Shown piece after piece: positions 10,273-23,693 of a DNA stretch of 64,000 bases (position 1 is the first letter of the stretch; each line of letters starts with the position of its first letter). This stretch comes from Cenococcum geophilum (taxonomy: Eukaryota). The stretch spans positions 23,188,001 to 23,252,000 of the forward strand of contig CP158635.1 of assembly GCA_050273025.1 (NCBI GenBank), written 5' to 3'. The position numbers were made by a program, and so were the translations under genes. The notes under the pieces were generated by a model. That model was given only the letters and a program-made list of their open reading frames with translations. It did no database searches and was not told the origin of the DNA.

Positions 10273-13200
10273 TATTACTTTGCTGTAAAAGACTTCCGGA
10301 AGGACATTCAACGTCTGCGAGACGAAACGATAGTTCTTCAAGATGTTTTGACTAACTTATCCGACCTAGTCGAATCACAAGGAGCGGCTAGATTACCCAC
10401 TCTAGCCCTGCTCAATCACAATTCCAAGTTCGATATAGATGCCATTTCCCCATCAGGAGGTGCTCTGAAACCCACTCTCCGTTTTGAGCCAGCGCTACAG
10501 CAGTGCAAGAACGACCTTGAGCGCTTACTCCAGCAATTGGAGAAAGCAGAGCAATCGAACGCCCATCCGTCTAGGCTAAAAGCGCTACAATGGCCGCTCA
10601 CGAAAACAGAGGTCGATGAGGCTATTCAAATAATCCAACGACATAAAGCTACATTTCAGTTGGCAATCTCAACCGACCAAGCGTAGGTACTACCGCCGAT
10701 ATCCCCTCACATTTTCCTCTGCATGCATATCATTTCAAATGGTGATAAAACACCCCCATGTTCCACAAGCAATTAGTGGGCAAGGTTTGTGAATGACTCT
10801 GGGAAAGCTACAGAGTTAATTTACTCCTCTTCGCACTCACTCCCGTTTTGTCTGGATTCTCATATACTGAATTCATGCTAATGAACGTAATAGAGCCTTA
10901 GCTGTGTTGACGGATCTGAAAATTACACAGACGCTGGAACAGCTTGTGGCTGCCCGAAACGATGTCAGCACTAGGGCCGATTATGAATATAGAAACCAGA
11001 TTATGCATTGGCTATCAACGGGCGATCCGTCTTCTAATCACCTTGCAGCTCGTAAAAAGCACCAGCCAAGTACAGGAAATTGGCTATTTGCGGGAACAGA
11101 TTTTGCCATGTGGAAGAAATCCCGAAACTCTCTTCTATAGCTCTACGGAATACGTAAGATTCCTTCCAATGTGGTCTCAAACTTATTTCCGATCCCAGTT
11201 AACGATTGCAAATCTAGCTGGTTGCGGAAAGACTATACTCAGGTACGCATTGCGTTGTCAATAGAGTGATCCAAACGCACTGAACTTGATTAGTTCAACA
11301 ATTATTGAACACCTGAGACCATACTGCGATCCCGAACCTAGTCTTGCGGTAGCTTACTTCTACTTTGATTTCATTTCCAAACAGACTGTCGCCGAATGTG
11401 TTTCGTCTTTGATTAAACAATTGTTTGTTCAAGAAGAGGTCCCGCCTGACAGTTTGAAAGAGTTATACAACAAGTGTGGTGACGGTAGCCACAAAGCATC
11501 CATCTTCGATCTCACAAATCTTCTTGAGACTTTTGCAACTTCAAGAAAAGGAAACTTGAGTGATATATTCTTTGTCATAGATGCTCTAGATGAGTGCCCA
11601 AAAGACGGACAACAAGATTTTCTTAAGCTTATCGAAGAAATGAAGTCCTGGGAAAGCTCCAAGATCCACCTTCTTACCAGCCGACCGGAACAAGATATAA
11701 GGGATGTCGTTTCTCCTCTTACGACTAAGGCAATATCTATCCAGGGCTGTCATGTAGATTCGGATATCAGCCTCTATGTTGTTTCTCAACTTGCCGCTGA
11801 TCCAAAGCTGAAGAAATTGTCCCCGCAAATGAAAGCGGAGATTGAAGGTACTCTTGCCAAGAAAGCAAATGGAATGCAAGTAAACCTAATTGTTTAAGCT
11901 TTATGGATTACTTGTAAACTCACAATTTTCAAGGTTTCGATGGGTTTATTGTTAGCTTGCTGAACTTCGCAAATGCAAAAACCGGCTATCTCTACCAGGG
12001 TTGTAAACGATCAAACTGATTGCAATCAGATAAGATTATCGATTGGATTGTGATTGGATTGTCGGTTCGCAATCCGATTATAATCCGATTCCAAATATCA
12101 GATTAGCGGCTTGGCATTCCCACATTATAAGCTAAAGCTCTCCTTTTACATCGTACGAAAAAATGAGCTCTGAAGTAGATTTATCCCAGATTACGAATAC
12201 TCTTTAATTAATTAAGCTTTCTTCTTAGAATAAGGGGAAATATTAAAGCCCAATCCTTCTATATACCCGAGAACTGTACGAACATAAGCCAGCGCAAGAT
12301 AAAAACAGAAAAAAAATCTATTACTATAAGTCCACAGACTACAAGTATAGTATAATAGTTACTACGAATTTCCAGAGGCATCTTAAACGAAATTACTTAA
12401 TTAATATTAGCCTCTTAAGAACAAGTCGTACAAAGACTAAAGCAAACGCTATACTTAAGGATCTTTAGGGGCAGGCTAGATCCAAGAGCGATCTATTAGA
12501 GTTTAAATCTATTGTTCTAAGGTCCTCTCTTAATCATAAAGTCATTAATTAAGCCCTTATTAATTTAATTGTTATATAAAACCTTCTATTTAATACGGTT
12601 AAATAGCCAGAATTTTATACTTTCTATTAGGCTTTAAATTAGAAGTCCTAGAGCTTTATTATAGCAGCTTATAGAGATATCGGCTAGAAGATTAAATAGT
12701 TATTTAATTCTTAAAAGGATGTCATACAAAAAAAACTTTAGTTAGCGATTTTAAATATTTATCTCTCTATTAATATCTAGACCTCTCTAAATAACTACTC
12801 TCTCCTCGCTATTTATTTCTATTTTATTAATACTTAAAAGCAAAGAGCGCGGGCTCTTCTTACTTTACGGCCAATTATAAACTATAGTGGAGAAGAATAG
12901 TGGAATACCCTTCTTTTAGTGCTACTGGATTACGGTATCATACAAAAGATTAGGGCTATTATTAGTAACAATTCTTCAATAAATAATACGCTATATCGTA
13001 CAATATCCGATTTCCTACTAGAGAATAAAGATATTTAATAGGATCCTATCTACTAATAAATTCGATGCTAAGGACATATCATTAACCTTACGGTTAATAC
13101 TTTCCTCTTTAGTGCTACTTAGGAGGGAGAGATTAAGGCGTACAAAAGGCTCTCTAAAAAGGGGAGTATAAAGCTAGAGATAATATAATAATAATAATAA

Positions 13201-16200
13201 TTCATTGCTTAACGTCCGATTCGGATCCCTATTAGGCCTACGTAGACTACTCCTTATTTATATGTGAGGAGAAACTCTATTTAAGAAAAATAAGAAAACC
13301 CTATAATCCATCTCCCCGCCTTTTAGGACTCGCCTACTTAGCGCCTGCAAGTCGCCTATAGTACTCTATTACCTTACTATTTAACCTTTTTAGGAACCAC
13401 TACTGCCGTAATAAGCCTACGGACGCGCTAGTATTATAAACTTTTACTCTACTACTATAGAGTTATTAGGGGGCACCTACTGCTCGCCCCCTTACCTTTT
13501 ATTACTATTTCCCTTGCAACCCAGAACTAATTTAGCATATTTTAACTAATAAGCCACTAGGTAACCGCCTTAAGGCCTTTTTATATTAAGAGTAGTATAT
13601 TATAGTTCTCTATACTAGCTACTAAGAGCATTATTTCTTAATTAGTGCATAGGGGGCATAGCAGTATTACGTGTTTTAGTGTCTGTCTTAGCTAGCTATA
13701 TTCGCATCTTAGGCTACCTACTAGAACACCCACCTAGTAAAGCCAATCTTTTAGTCCTATTATTCCTATTCTTAAAAGTATTATTATTATATTTTTTACC
13801 TTTATTAGGCCTTTTTAGAGCCCTTAGGTATTTACCCCCTATAGCGTTAACCATACTATAGCTTAGGTTCGTCTTACCTAAGTTAGCCTCTATACCTTTA
13901 ACTCCTATTTACCTCTCTAGCATTAGTCTAACCAGTATTATATTACGGTAGATAGTTTCCTAGCATTCTTACGTATTTTACTTTAGCTCCTTTCTCTATT
14001 TTACTATTGTCTTTGCTAACCTCTTATATGTTTCCCTTTCTCCTCTATATAGGCCTAGGCCCTAAAGCAATACCATTTTTCTTCTACTTTCTTTACCTGT
14101 TTCTCTAATATCTCTTCCCTACTTTAGGGTTATTAGTTTATTCTCCTACGGGGCACCCTAGGGTCCCTCTATAGTTTACTTAGGCGTGTCTTAATATACT
14201 TTATAACATTAGAGTTACGTTTATTTTACGTCCTTTATATTACAGCAGCTTTAATATATAACTATAGGGGGGGAATATTGGATTCCTTCTCAAGCAGTGC
14301 TATGGCCGTTTACTTATACCCGCCTATAATACTCTAAAGGTAAGCTATTTAGACCTTTTAAAGTGGTTTAAGGAGTAATTTTAGAGGGCCATTTTTAGTT
14401 TCTCCAATGGCCTAAATACTAGATCTATATATTATAGTTAGCCAGACAACTGCTATATATAGTAGGCGTAACCTCTAAAAGCATAGACCCTATATAGAAT
14501 TAACAATCCTAGATAAAGTAATAAACTATACTTAGCCTTTATAGGCCGCTTACGCCGTATATACGCTCCACTAGAGCTTACTATCTACCTATACTCCTAG
14601 TACCCTTAGGCCCTAAACTAGTTAACCCCTAAAGCCTTAGATATAAATTATATACTAAAGATCTATAGATTAGTTACGTTTTCTTATAAAATAGATTATA
14701 TTAGCGACTTAGTTAATCAAGACATAAGTATAGCAAAATGGTCGCGCAAGCCTATACAATTGGATTGTCTATAAACGAGAATCTAAAGCTAAAGAAAGGA
14801 AAGGAGAAGAAGGGGAGCGCCGCTTAAAGCTATATATAATCTTCGCGTTACATAACCGCAATATACGGCAATCTGTGGTAACTTGCCGGTACGTAGTTCT
14901 ACTAAGTTTTACCAGTGCTATAACATTACCCCCCCCTCTAAAAAAGCCTGCCCTTAGGCTTTGCCGTTAAAAGTTTTGGTAAGAGAATCTAACTAATTAG
15001 ACAACTTTAACCGCCGGTTGAAGTTCTTAGACATCTTAACACCTTATATAACTAAGAAATTTCTAGGGCGTTTTTGTCCTTATATTCTTCTAGTAGCTTA
15101 TAATCTTTATTATGCTAGCACTCTATCTACTTATCTAGGTACTTTAGCGGTCTAGGTTTATTAAGGTAACGGCTATAGAACTCCTAAAGCTTATAGGGGC
15201 TACCTATAAAGTTCTATATAGGGTATTAAGTAGGGTCTGGGTTATATCCTTTCTAACTAATATAATACTTTAACGTTCCCTTTACAAGTTTATAGGCTAG
15301 TATTTCTTCAATTTCCTATTTATTATCGTCGTTAACTTAAATTAATAGGGGAGGTTTATTCTTTTATCTAGGCAGTAGGTTATTTATAGCTTTCTATAGC
15401 TTATCTGGTAAGAAAATAGGGTAGACTTTAATTAAGTTTAGGAGTTTAACCTTGTATAAATTGCCTACTTTATTAAGAATCTTATACGGTCCTACTATCT
15501 TATAGTCTAGCTTACGGCTAGGCCGTTCTATCTTCTAGTTCTTTGTTATAACCTAGACTATATCGCCTATAGTAAAGTTAGGCTTACGCCTATGCTTATT
15601 TGCTTACTATTTTATTAATTTCTAGGCCTTTTTTAGGTTTATATAGGCTACTTTCTAGGCTTCTTCTAAGCGCTTAGCGTACTACTAGGCTTCCTTATAA
15701 GATAGTTTTTCGCGTATAGTTTAGGGCCCTTTTAGTCTTTCCTAGTTAAAGCTTGTACGGGGTAGGTAACCTATTTCTAGTTAAATAGGGGCAAATCCGG
15801 TAGAGTTATAGGGTAGGGTTACTTAGGTGTAGTTTATTAAGGGCAATAGTTTGGCCCAGTTATCCTAGAAGTAGTTAATAAAAGGCTAAAGTCTCTAGTC
15901 TAAGTATTAATTCACAATCTCCGTTTAACTGTCTGTTTAGGGGTAATATACTATAGAAAGCTTTAGCTTAATACCTAAGATCCGGGTAAACTTATTCTAA
16001 AAGGCTAATATAAACTGCGGCCCGTAGTTAGATATAATAGTGTCTAGTAGTCCATAAATTTAGTAGATATAGTAGATATACAGTTAGGCTGCCTCTTTAG
16101 TATTAATATTTTTGTAATAGGGAATTAAGAACGGGCGCTTGCTGAAGCGGTTAACCAGAATTATAACTATATTATATCCGTCACGGTCTAGAGGTAGCTT

Positions 16201-18685
16201 ATAAAAGTCTATAGAGATATATTACTAGGGGCGGTTGGGTATTAGGAGGGGTTTTAATAGTCCTAGGGTCTTATCTCGTGGGATTATAGACCTATAGCAG
16301 TCATTGCAGTTCCGTATATAGCGGTTAATATCTATAACCATTCTGGGCCAGTAGTAGCGGTCGCTAATAATCCTATAGGTCTTATTCTTTCTAGGGTAGG
16401 CCGTAGAGACCTAGGTATATACTTTAGTAATAAGCCGAGTCCGTAAGTTCTATTCCTTTACTACTACCAACTGTTCCTAATGCTTAAGTAATCCATTTTT
16501 AAGGGACTATAGGCTGGTAACGTTCTTTGCCTTTTCACAGTACTCCTGTAGAGAAGGGGCCGTACGGTTTATCTATAGCAATTTGTTAATTAAGTTAAGT
16601 CCTAAAGGGTTAATAGGATACATCTCGGCGCCTAAAGGGTCTGTACTTAGTTCTGCCTATATCTAGGGGTTAAGGTACTCTAGTTGTAGTAGCGTCTAGG
16701 TCTATAATGAGATCTTTATAGCCGTATAGTTACCTAGGTCTTATTCACGCCTAGTAAAATCATTTGCACGGTTCGCAGCGCCTAGTCTATATATAATTAA
16801 GAAGTTAAACTAAGATAGAATGTCCGCCTAGCGTGCCTACCGGGCTGTAAGGGCCTTAGTTGTTATAAAGTATTCTAGGGCCTTATAATTTAATACTACT
16901 TTAATAGGTTTAGGGGTCCCCTTTAGCTATACACGCTAGTGCTAAAAGCTAGAGATAATAGCCAGCATTTCTTTATTATAAATATGGTAGTTTAGTTCAG
17001 CATCTATTATAGTCTTTAAATAGTATACAATAGGGTGCTATTCTCCGTCCGGTTGCTTTTAAAAAAAAACACTAGCTATTATGCCGTCTAAGGCATTAGT
17101 TTCTAGTATTAAGGGCCATTCTAGGTTAAAGTAAGCAAGTAGGGGAGCCGACACTAGCCGTTTTTTAAGCTTATTAAAGGCCTGCATATATATAGCGTTA
17201 AAGTAAAAGGGCTGGTCTTTCCTAGTAAGGCAGTTAAGAGGCCGGGTAATCCTGCTGTAGTTCTTAATAAAGCGTTGGTAGAAGTTATAGAAACCTAAAA
17301 ACAATTATACCCCCTTTATGGTCCAAGGGGGTGTCTACTAGTTAATTGCGGTCGTTTTCTTTAGGTTGGCCTTAATTCCGTCCGTACTAATAATAAAACC
17401 TAGGTACTTTATACGCTTAACACTAAATTCTAACTTCTTAATATTAGCCTAGAGGCTAGCTTCGTGGAGCCATTATAGGACTTTATAGACGTACTCCTTG
17501 TGTTCTAGTTTATTCTCTAAATAGATTATAATATTATCTAGATAGGCCGTATAAAAGTCGTTAAGGTAGTTAAAGAGTACATTATTTATATACCGCTGGT
17601 ATATAGCTAGTCTATTAGTTAGTCTAAAAGGAAGTACCTTATATTTATACGTCCCGTAACGGGTCCGGAATATAGTAAGATTCTTAGACCTAGGGTCTAT
17701 CCTAATTTAATAAAAGGCCTAGCGGATATTAAGCTTTATAAAAACCTTAGCTCTACTTATTTAGGTAAGAGTCTTATTAAGTAAGGGCAGCGGGTAGCGG
17801 TCCTTATAGGTTATATTATTTAGCTTACGGTAGTTAATATAGAAGCGTAGTCCTCTATTTAGCTTTTTAATAAAGAGAATAGGTAAGTTAAAAGGGGCTT
17901 GGCTAGGCTTAATAAAGCCCTTATTTAGGTTATTAATAAGGTACTACTTTATAGCCTATAATTCGGTAATAAACTATAGGTAGAGAGGGCTAAAGCTAAG
18001 GGTGCTTCCCTTATCTTACTTAATCTTAATCTTATAGTTATATAGTTAGTAGGGTAGAAGTATATTAGACACTACCTTAAAGAATACATCCTTAAATTTC
18101 CGGTGTTAATTAGGTAGTTTTTACTCCACTAGTTCTTTATCTATAAGCCCGCTTTCCTATCTACTAAGCTCGCTTTCCTTTTCCTTAATTATTCGGTTAA
18201 TTTCGTATAGGCTAGTCGTAAAGGTAATAGTATTAGGCTAAACTAGGTTCCGGTAGAATCCTATAGCGCCAATACAGCAGATATCAACTAGTGGGAGGTC
18301 CGTAGGTTTCTTTAACGTCCGTTGGGCCATAGTTTGCGGTATAGGGTTTATGGTCTTCCTTAGCTTATATTCCATTTTCCGTAAGTTATCCTTCCTATCT
18401 ATTAGTTTAGTATAGCGTCCAATATCCTTAGCTTTCCTTTATAGCTTTATAGGGTTCTCTATAGGGAACTTAGCTAGGTTACTACCAACTTCCTAAATCT
18501 CTAGTGCGGGTAGCGTAATATAGGTAGTCTAGGGGCGGTATAGTATATAGATCCGTTACGGGTTAAGCTATATATCCTTCTTAAAGGCCTAGTCTCTACG
18601 CATAGCATCGGCCTAGTAAATAGTATTAATCTAGGGCCGTATAAGGTTTTCTATTATAATGCTAATTTCTTTTATAAAGGAAGGG

Positions 18686-18893
18686 TGTCGGGAATGAGGC
18701 AATTTGCCGTCACGTACGGCAAACTGCCGTCACGTGATGGCAAGTTGCCATCACGTGTCGCCGCGGCACTAGCGTGGCGAGGAGCCTTAGGCTCCTCGCC
18801 CTTCCTCATTCCAATCAAAAAGCTTTATCAACCAACATCACTGTAACCCTACTCGAGTAGTCGTTATTGGTGAGTCACCCTGTGTGACCAACA
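18686..18893. mobile_element. Solo LTR (208 bp) inserted in Gypsy copy A
   Basis: TGTCGG...CCAACA termini; 5-bp TSD AAGGG; absent from the matching site of copy B (about 49925); little RIP signature. Confidence 0.88.
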
Positions 18894-18952
18894 AAGGGGT
18901 TAGGGGTAAAGTTTTAGGCCAAATAAGCCGTCTACTCCGTACTTTAAGCTAT

Positions 18953-19293
18953 CACTTACATTGTTGTTTACGTCCTATAAATTGTGGCACGTGCGTGCCA
19001 ATCAATAAGCTGCATTCCCAGGCGGTCAATCGTTCTGCCACATCACCAAAGTTTTGAGCTGCCTCCGCGCCCGCGCCCGGTAAGACCTAAATTAAAACCT
19101 CTACTTCGCATCCAATAGCCTGCAATTATAGAGCGTCGCGGCGGTCAGTCAATTAACTCTACAACTAGCTCTATAATTGCCAATCGCGTCGACAGATGTA
19201 CTCGTAGAGAGCCCTCAGCATTATGGGCTCGCACTTTGATGTTCTTGATCTCGCGCACGGGCCACATTTTATATCACATTAACAATGCAAGGG
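18953..19293. mobile_element. MITE (341 bp), CMC/EnSpm-like termini
   Basis: TIR CACTTACATTGTT / CCCTTGCATTGTT plus an imperfect subterminal inverted repeat; 2-bp TSD AT; absent from copy B (about 49873). Confidence 0.85.
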
Positions 19294-22200
19294 ATAAGCC
19301 TAAATAGGCTAGCTATTTTCTTCTTAAGATTATATTATGGCTTCCTAAGTCCATAATAAGAAAGGGGATATTATACTACCTTTATCCGTTAACGCGGAGG
19401 TAAATCCGCAAGATAGTTATAATAGGTAGCCCTATCTGTCCGTTATAACCGTAAATAGGGATTAGTTTAGGCAGTTCTTTAAGGGGTGTATTTAAAAAGT
19501 CGGCCAGTTTTATAGCGCACTTTATATTAATTAAGGTAAAGGTATTTGCTCCTAAGTTAGCTAAAGTAAAGGTTAAAACTTAATATCTATTACGAAATAA
19601 AGTATAAGGGATAGTGCAGCTTCTTCTATTAACTAGCCGACCTAGATTAATATATAACATATTAATCCCTTTTAACCCTAAAGAGGAGTCTTCCTCTAAG
19701 ATTTCTCTTTTTCCGGCTTCGTACTATCCTTCTAAATTAATAGGACCTTATTTATTCTTACCTTTATCGGGCAGTTCCTTATAGGGTAGCCTATTTAACC
19801 GTATAAAAAGTAAGCTCCTTAATTGCTAAGGGCCTATATATAGGGGTCGCTATATATAAGCCGGGTGTACACTAGGCCCGTAGTAGGGGTAGCTACGCGG
19901 CCAGCTGCCGGGTTAGCTGTAGGAGTTGCCGATTATACTAGGGCACTATAGGCCGTACTTATAGTACTTACGGCCTAGTTTGTAAGGTTTCTAGTTTTTA
20001 GCTAGTTAGCGCGTACCTTAATTTAACGGAGGCCTTAGTTAATAGCTAGGCAATAGTCCGTAAGTTCCTTTAATGTCTATACTATAGTATAAGCTGGTAA
20101 TACGGCCCGCTATAGGTCTAGGGTAAGCTTATTAAAGAGGTCTAGCAGTAGGTCTTCCTAGGGGATCTGGGCCTATCCGGTTAGGTGTAAAAAGCGGGTT
20201 TAAAAGGCTAAAAAGGTCTCCATTGTTTTTATGTTTAGGCTTTTATAGCTAAGGCGAGCGTTCTATACTTTAAAAGGGTCCTTATAAATAGAAGACAAGT
20301 GTTTAATTATTTCTTCTTTAGAGATAAAGGGGTTTACTAAGTCTTTAGTATATTACGGGCGTAAATATATCTAGGCGTCTCCGCCAGTACGGCTAAAGAT
20401 ATAGGCCATTCTGGCTCGGGCGTTAGGGAAGTAATCTATATTAACTTTAAGCTTATTCTATAATTAAAGCTTCTAATTATTAAATATAGGGTCAGTTCCA
20501 TCTATAAGTAGTAGGGGGTCCGTAACCTTTACTAACCGCTTCGGTGCTATATAGGCCTTAGTAAATCTACTAAGGCGCTAGAATAGGGCCTAAAGGACTA
20601 TAGTAAGTCTTTAATTATCTAATAATGACTTATTATTAAATATAGGGGTATCTCTAGCTTTAAGCAGCTCTCGCAATTATTTAATTTCGGTATTAGCAGC
20701 CGCAAGCTCCGCCTAGGGGGTTAAAACGTTAATTATTTCTTTGTCTAAAGTATTTAAGGGTCCTACAGCTGCTTTACCTACTACTATAGTTCGTGGCATA
20801 GTAGTAGGGGTATTAGGTAATTCCGGGTAATTTCTTTAGGGGTTCTGGTCTGTGTGTATCTTATAAGTCCTTTCCTTAGGGTTCTATTCTTTTCTTTTAG
20901 GTCCTATTCTTATAGTCCTAGTAATATCCTTAGGGTCCTATTCTATATTCTTATAGATATATTTAAGTTCCTTCTCAAAAAGAAAGAGTAGAGTAAGCTT
21001 TAGATAATATTAGCAACTTAGTCAATCAAGATATAAGTACGGCAAAATGGTCGCGCAAGCCTATATAATTGGATTGTCTATAAACGAGAATCTAAAGCTA
21101 AAGAAAGGAAAGAAGAAGAAGGGAAGCGCCGCTTAAAGCTATATACGATCTTCGCGTCACATAACCGCAATATGCGGCAATCTGTAGCAACTTACCGGTG
21201 CGTAGTTCTGCCAAGTTCTGCCAGTGCCGTAACAGATTAGCTAGTATTTCTCTGGTAAGAATTGGACTTTATAATATCTTACCTATTCTATATAAGTATT
21301 ATAGGCTTTCTCTAGTGTTCTACAATTCTTTATAGCTGTTAACCCGTATATAATTAGGTTTGTATTATTAATAAAGCCTATCCCCTAGGTTGCCCCTTTC
21401 TTAAAGGAGTTAAGTAGGTTGCTTATAAAGAAAAGAAAGAGTATAGGCGAGAGGGGTAATCCTTATAGTATTCCTATTACAACTATAATAGGGGGGCTCT
21501 AGTATCTGCTAAAGATTAGTAATATTTCTTTCTAGCCTATAAACCCTTAAACAAATTATATAATCTATTCTAGAAAGCCTTTTACCCTAAGGATATATAG
21601 GAGACGCTTATGGGGTATATTATTATAGGCACCACTAATATCTAGGCTAAGTATTAATACTATAAAGTCCTTTCGCATCACCTATGCAGATTTAATAGTG
21701 GTAGCGAGTAGCGTAAGTGCTAATAGTATTAAGCGGTTCTTTCTTGCCCCTATTTAGCTTTATAGTAGTAAGGCGTATTCCTCTACTATATCTACTATGC
21801 GTTCCGCTATTACCCTTTCTAAGATCTTACTAAGGGTGTTTTCTAAGGCAATAAGGCGGTAGCTTCCTAGAATTAAGTAATCTACTTTACCTTCTTTTTA
21901 TAGGACAACCGTTATTATAGATCTTCTAAGTTATGGGTAATAGCCTATAGTAAAGTATGCTCTAGCTACATCTACAAGCCAAGATACTATAAGTGGCCTA
22001 TAGGTTTTTAGGGCCTTATTTAGAATCCTATCTAGTCCTAGTGCTATATTATTTAAAAGGCGGCTAATAGTTCTAGCCATTTCCTCTGTTATTATGTCGC
22101 TGTCGACCCGCAGGCGAGTCACCGGTGTTTCGCCTGTGATATTACTAAGGTCTGCTAGAGCTGGTTAGGGGAAGAACCTTTCTATAAGGATCTTTGCCTT

Positions 22201-23693
22201 CTTATTATTATCGTTTATAGCCTATAATTCTCCTGCTCTTTGTAGGGGTGGTAGGTGTAGGTCTTCTACTAGGCGCCCTGCCTTTTTCTTTACCTATTTC
22301 GCTATAGCCCAAAGGCCCTTATTATAGGGGAGGCTCGGGTTAAAAGTATACTCGTTTATAAACCGTCTCCAGTTATTCCTTACTTCTTTTTTTAGGGTAT
22401 TCTTTAGCTGGTTTCTTGTGTCTTTATATCGTCTCTCGTCTTTAGGGTCGTGGCTGCTTGTATATTTCCTTCTTGCTCGTCGTTAACTAGACTAGAGATA
22501 ATATATAATAAGGCCGCGCAAAAGAATGAAAGGGATATATTCCGCGCAATAGGGGCGCTTAGGCGGTTATATAACATTATTATCCACTCCCGCTCCTTAA
22601 GCAATCATATAAAGTAGTTTAAGTTAATTATTAGATAAAGGATTCCTCTTAATAATTATACAAGATAGAATAGCTAGTGGTAAATGCTGGAGATTGCAAT
22701 CTAGTACAAGTCTAGAGTTAACCAGTATACAAAGGCTAATATAGATACACTTTATAAAGACTTTCTTAACCCAGCTAACTGGTCCCTCCTTTATACAATT
22801 AAGAACTTTCTTAGGCCTTTCCACAGCGCAACTATAAAACTTTAAGGGCACAGCTTAAGCCTTAGCGAAGTTCTCTTTATAATAGACGTCCTTATTAAAT
22901 ATATAAAGATACAACAGGCATTAGCAGGTATTAGATTAAACTAAGACCTAAAGTATTATATTAAACAAGCTTGGAAAAAGTTTAACAAATACTATACTAA
23001 AATAGACAGCTCTCCTTTCTACGCTATAGCACTAATTCTTTAGCCTTAGCGTCATATAAAATACATTAAAGAGATATAGAAAAAGGAGTGGCAGAAACCT
23101 ACGCTTCGAAAGTCAAAGCAGTTCTAGGAGCAATTCCAAGATTTATATCCCCTTTATACTATATTATACGAGAGGCCTTTACAGTACCAAATAAAGGAAA
23201 AGAAACTAGATAAGTTTAATCTTATTACAAACAACCTTAAAGAAAGGATCGTTTAACCGCAAAGCCTTAATAAGTATAAGGATTACTGCTTTAAAGCTCC
23301 ATACGAAATATAGGGCCCAGCTCTTTATTGGTAGACTTAGGAGCTATAAAGAAAACGATGGCTAAGGCTTTTAATTCTTACTATAAATATCCTCTCTATT
23401 CCAGCTATAAGCGATAATCTAGAGAGAGTTTTCTTAGGTGGCTATTATATGATAAGCTAGGAAAGAATAAAGATAGAAATAGACAGCCTTAAGAGAACAG
23501 AATGTTTAAAAAACTAATATAGAAGTAGGATTTTAAGCGGGGTTATTTAGAGTCTAGTTTACCTTTATTTCCTTATACGGTAAAGGTTCTAGGGGTAGAA
23601 ATATCTCTTTAATAGGATTAATTATACGGAGTGCCAAGGAATCTGCTATCACGTGCTGTGATTATTAATTAGATTGTGATCGTCAATTAGAAT

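Larger units (their letters stand above)
14699..21234 (-). mobile_element. Full-length Ty3/Gypsy chromovirus copy A, RIP-inactivated, inserted in the LINE
   Basis: 227-bp LTRs at 14699-14925 and 21008-21234; 5-bp TSD GATTA; polypurine tract next to 14925; colinear with copy B at 47933-53912. Confidence 0.95.
13188..22491 (-). mobile_element. 5'-truncated LINE (Tad1-like; RT and RNase H region), about 2.76 kb net, inserted in the hAT
   Basis: 13-14-bp TSD CTAGAGATAATAT(A) at 13174-13187 and 22492-22505; trinucleotide-repeat tail at the left end; degraded RT motifs (YRLIAL, LDISGAY, G.PLSPILFLF) at 21300-22100. Confidence 0.85.

Noticed and set aside
10261..10686. 141-aa ORF as a standalone gene
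   Set aside because: Its start lies inside the hAT TIR; it is the continuation of NLR exon 1
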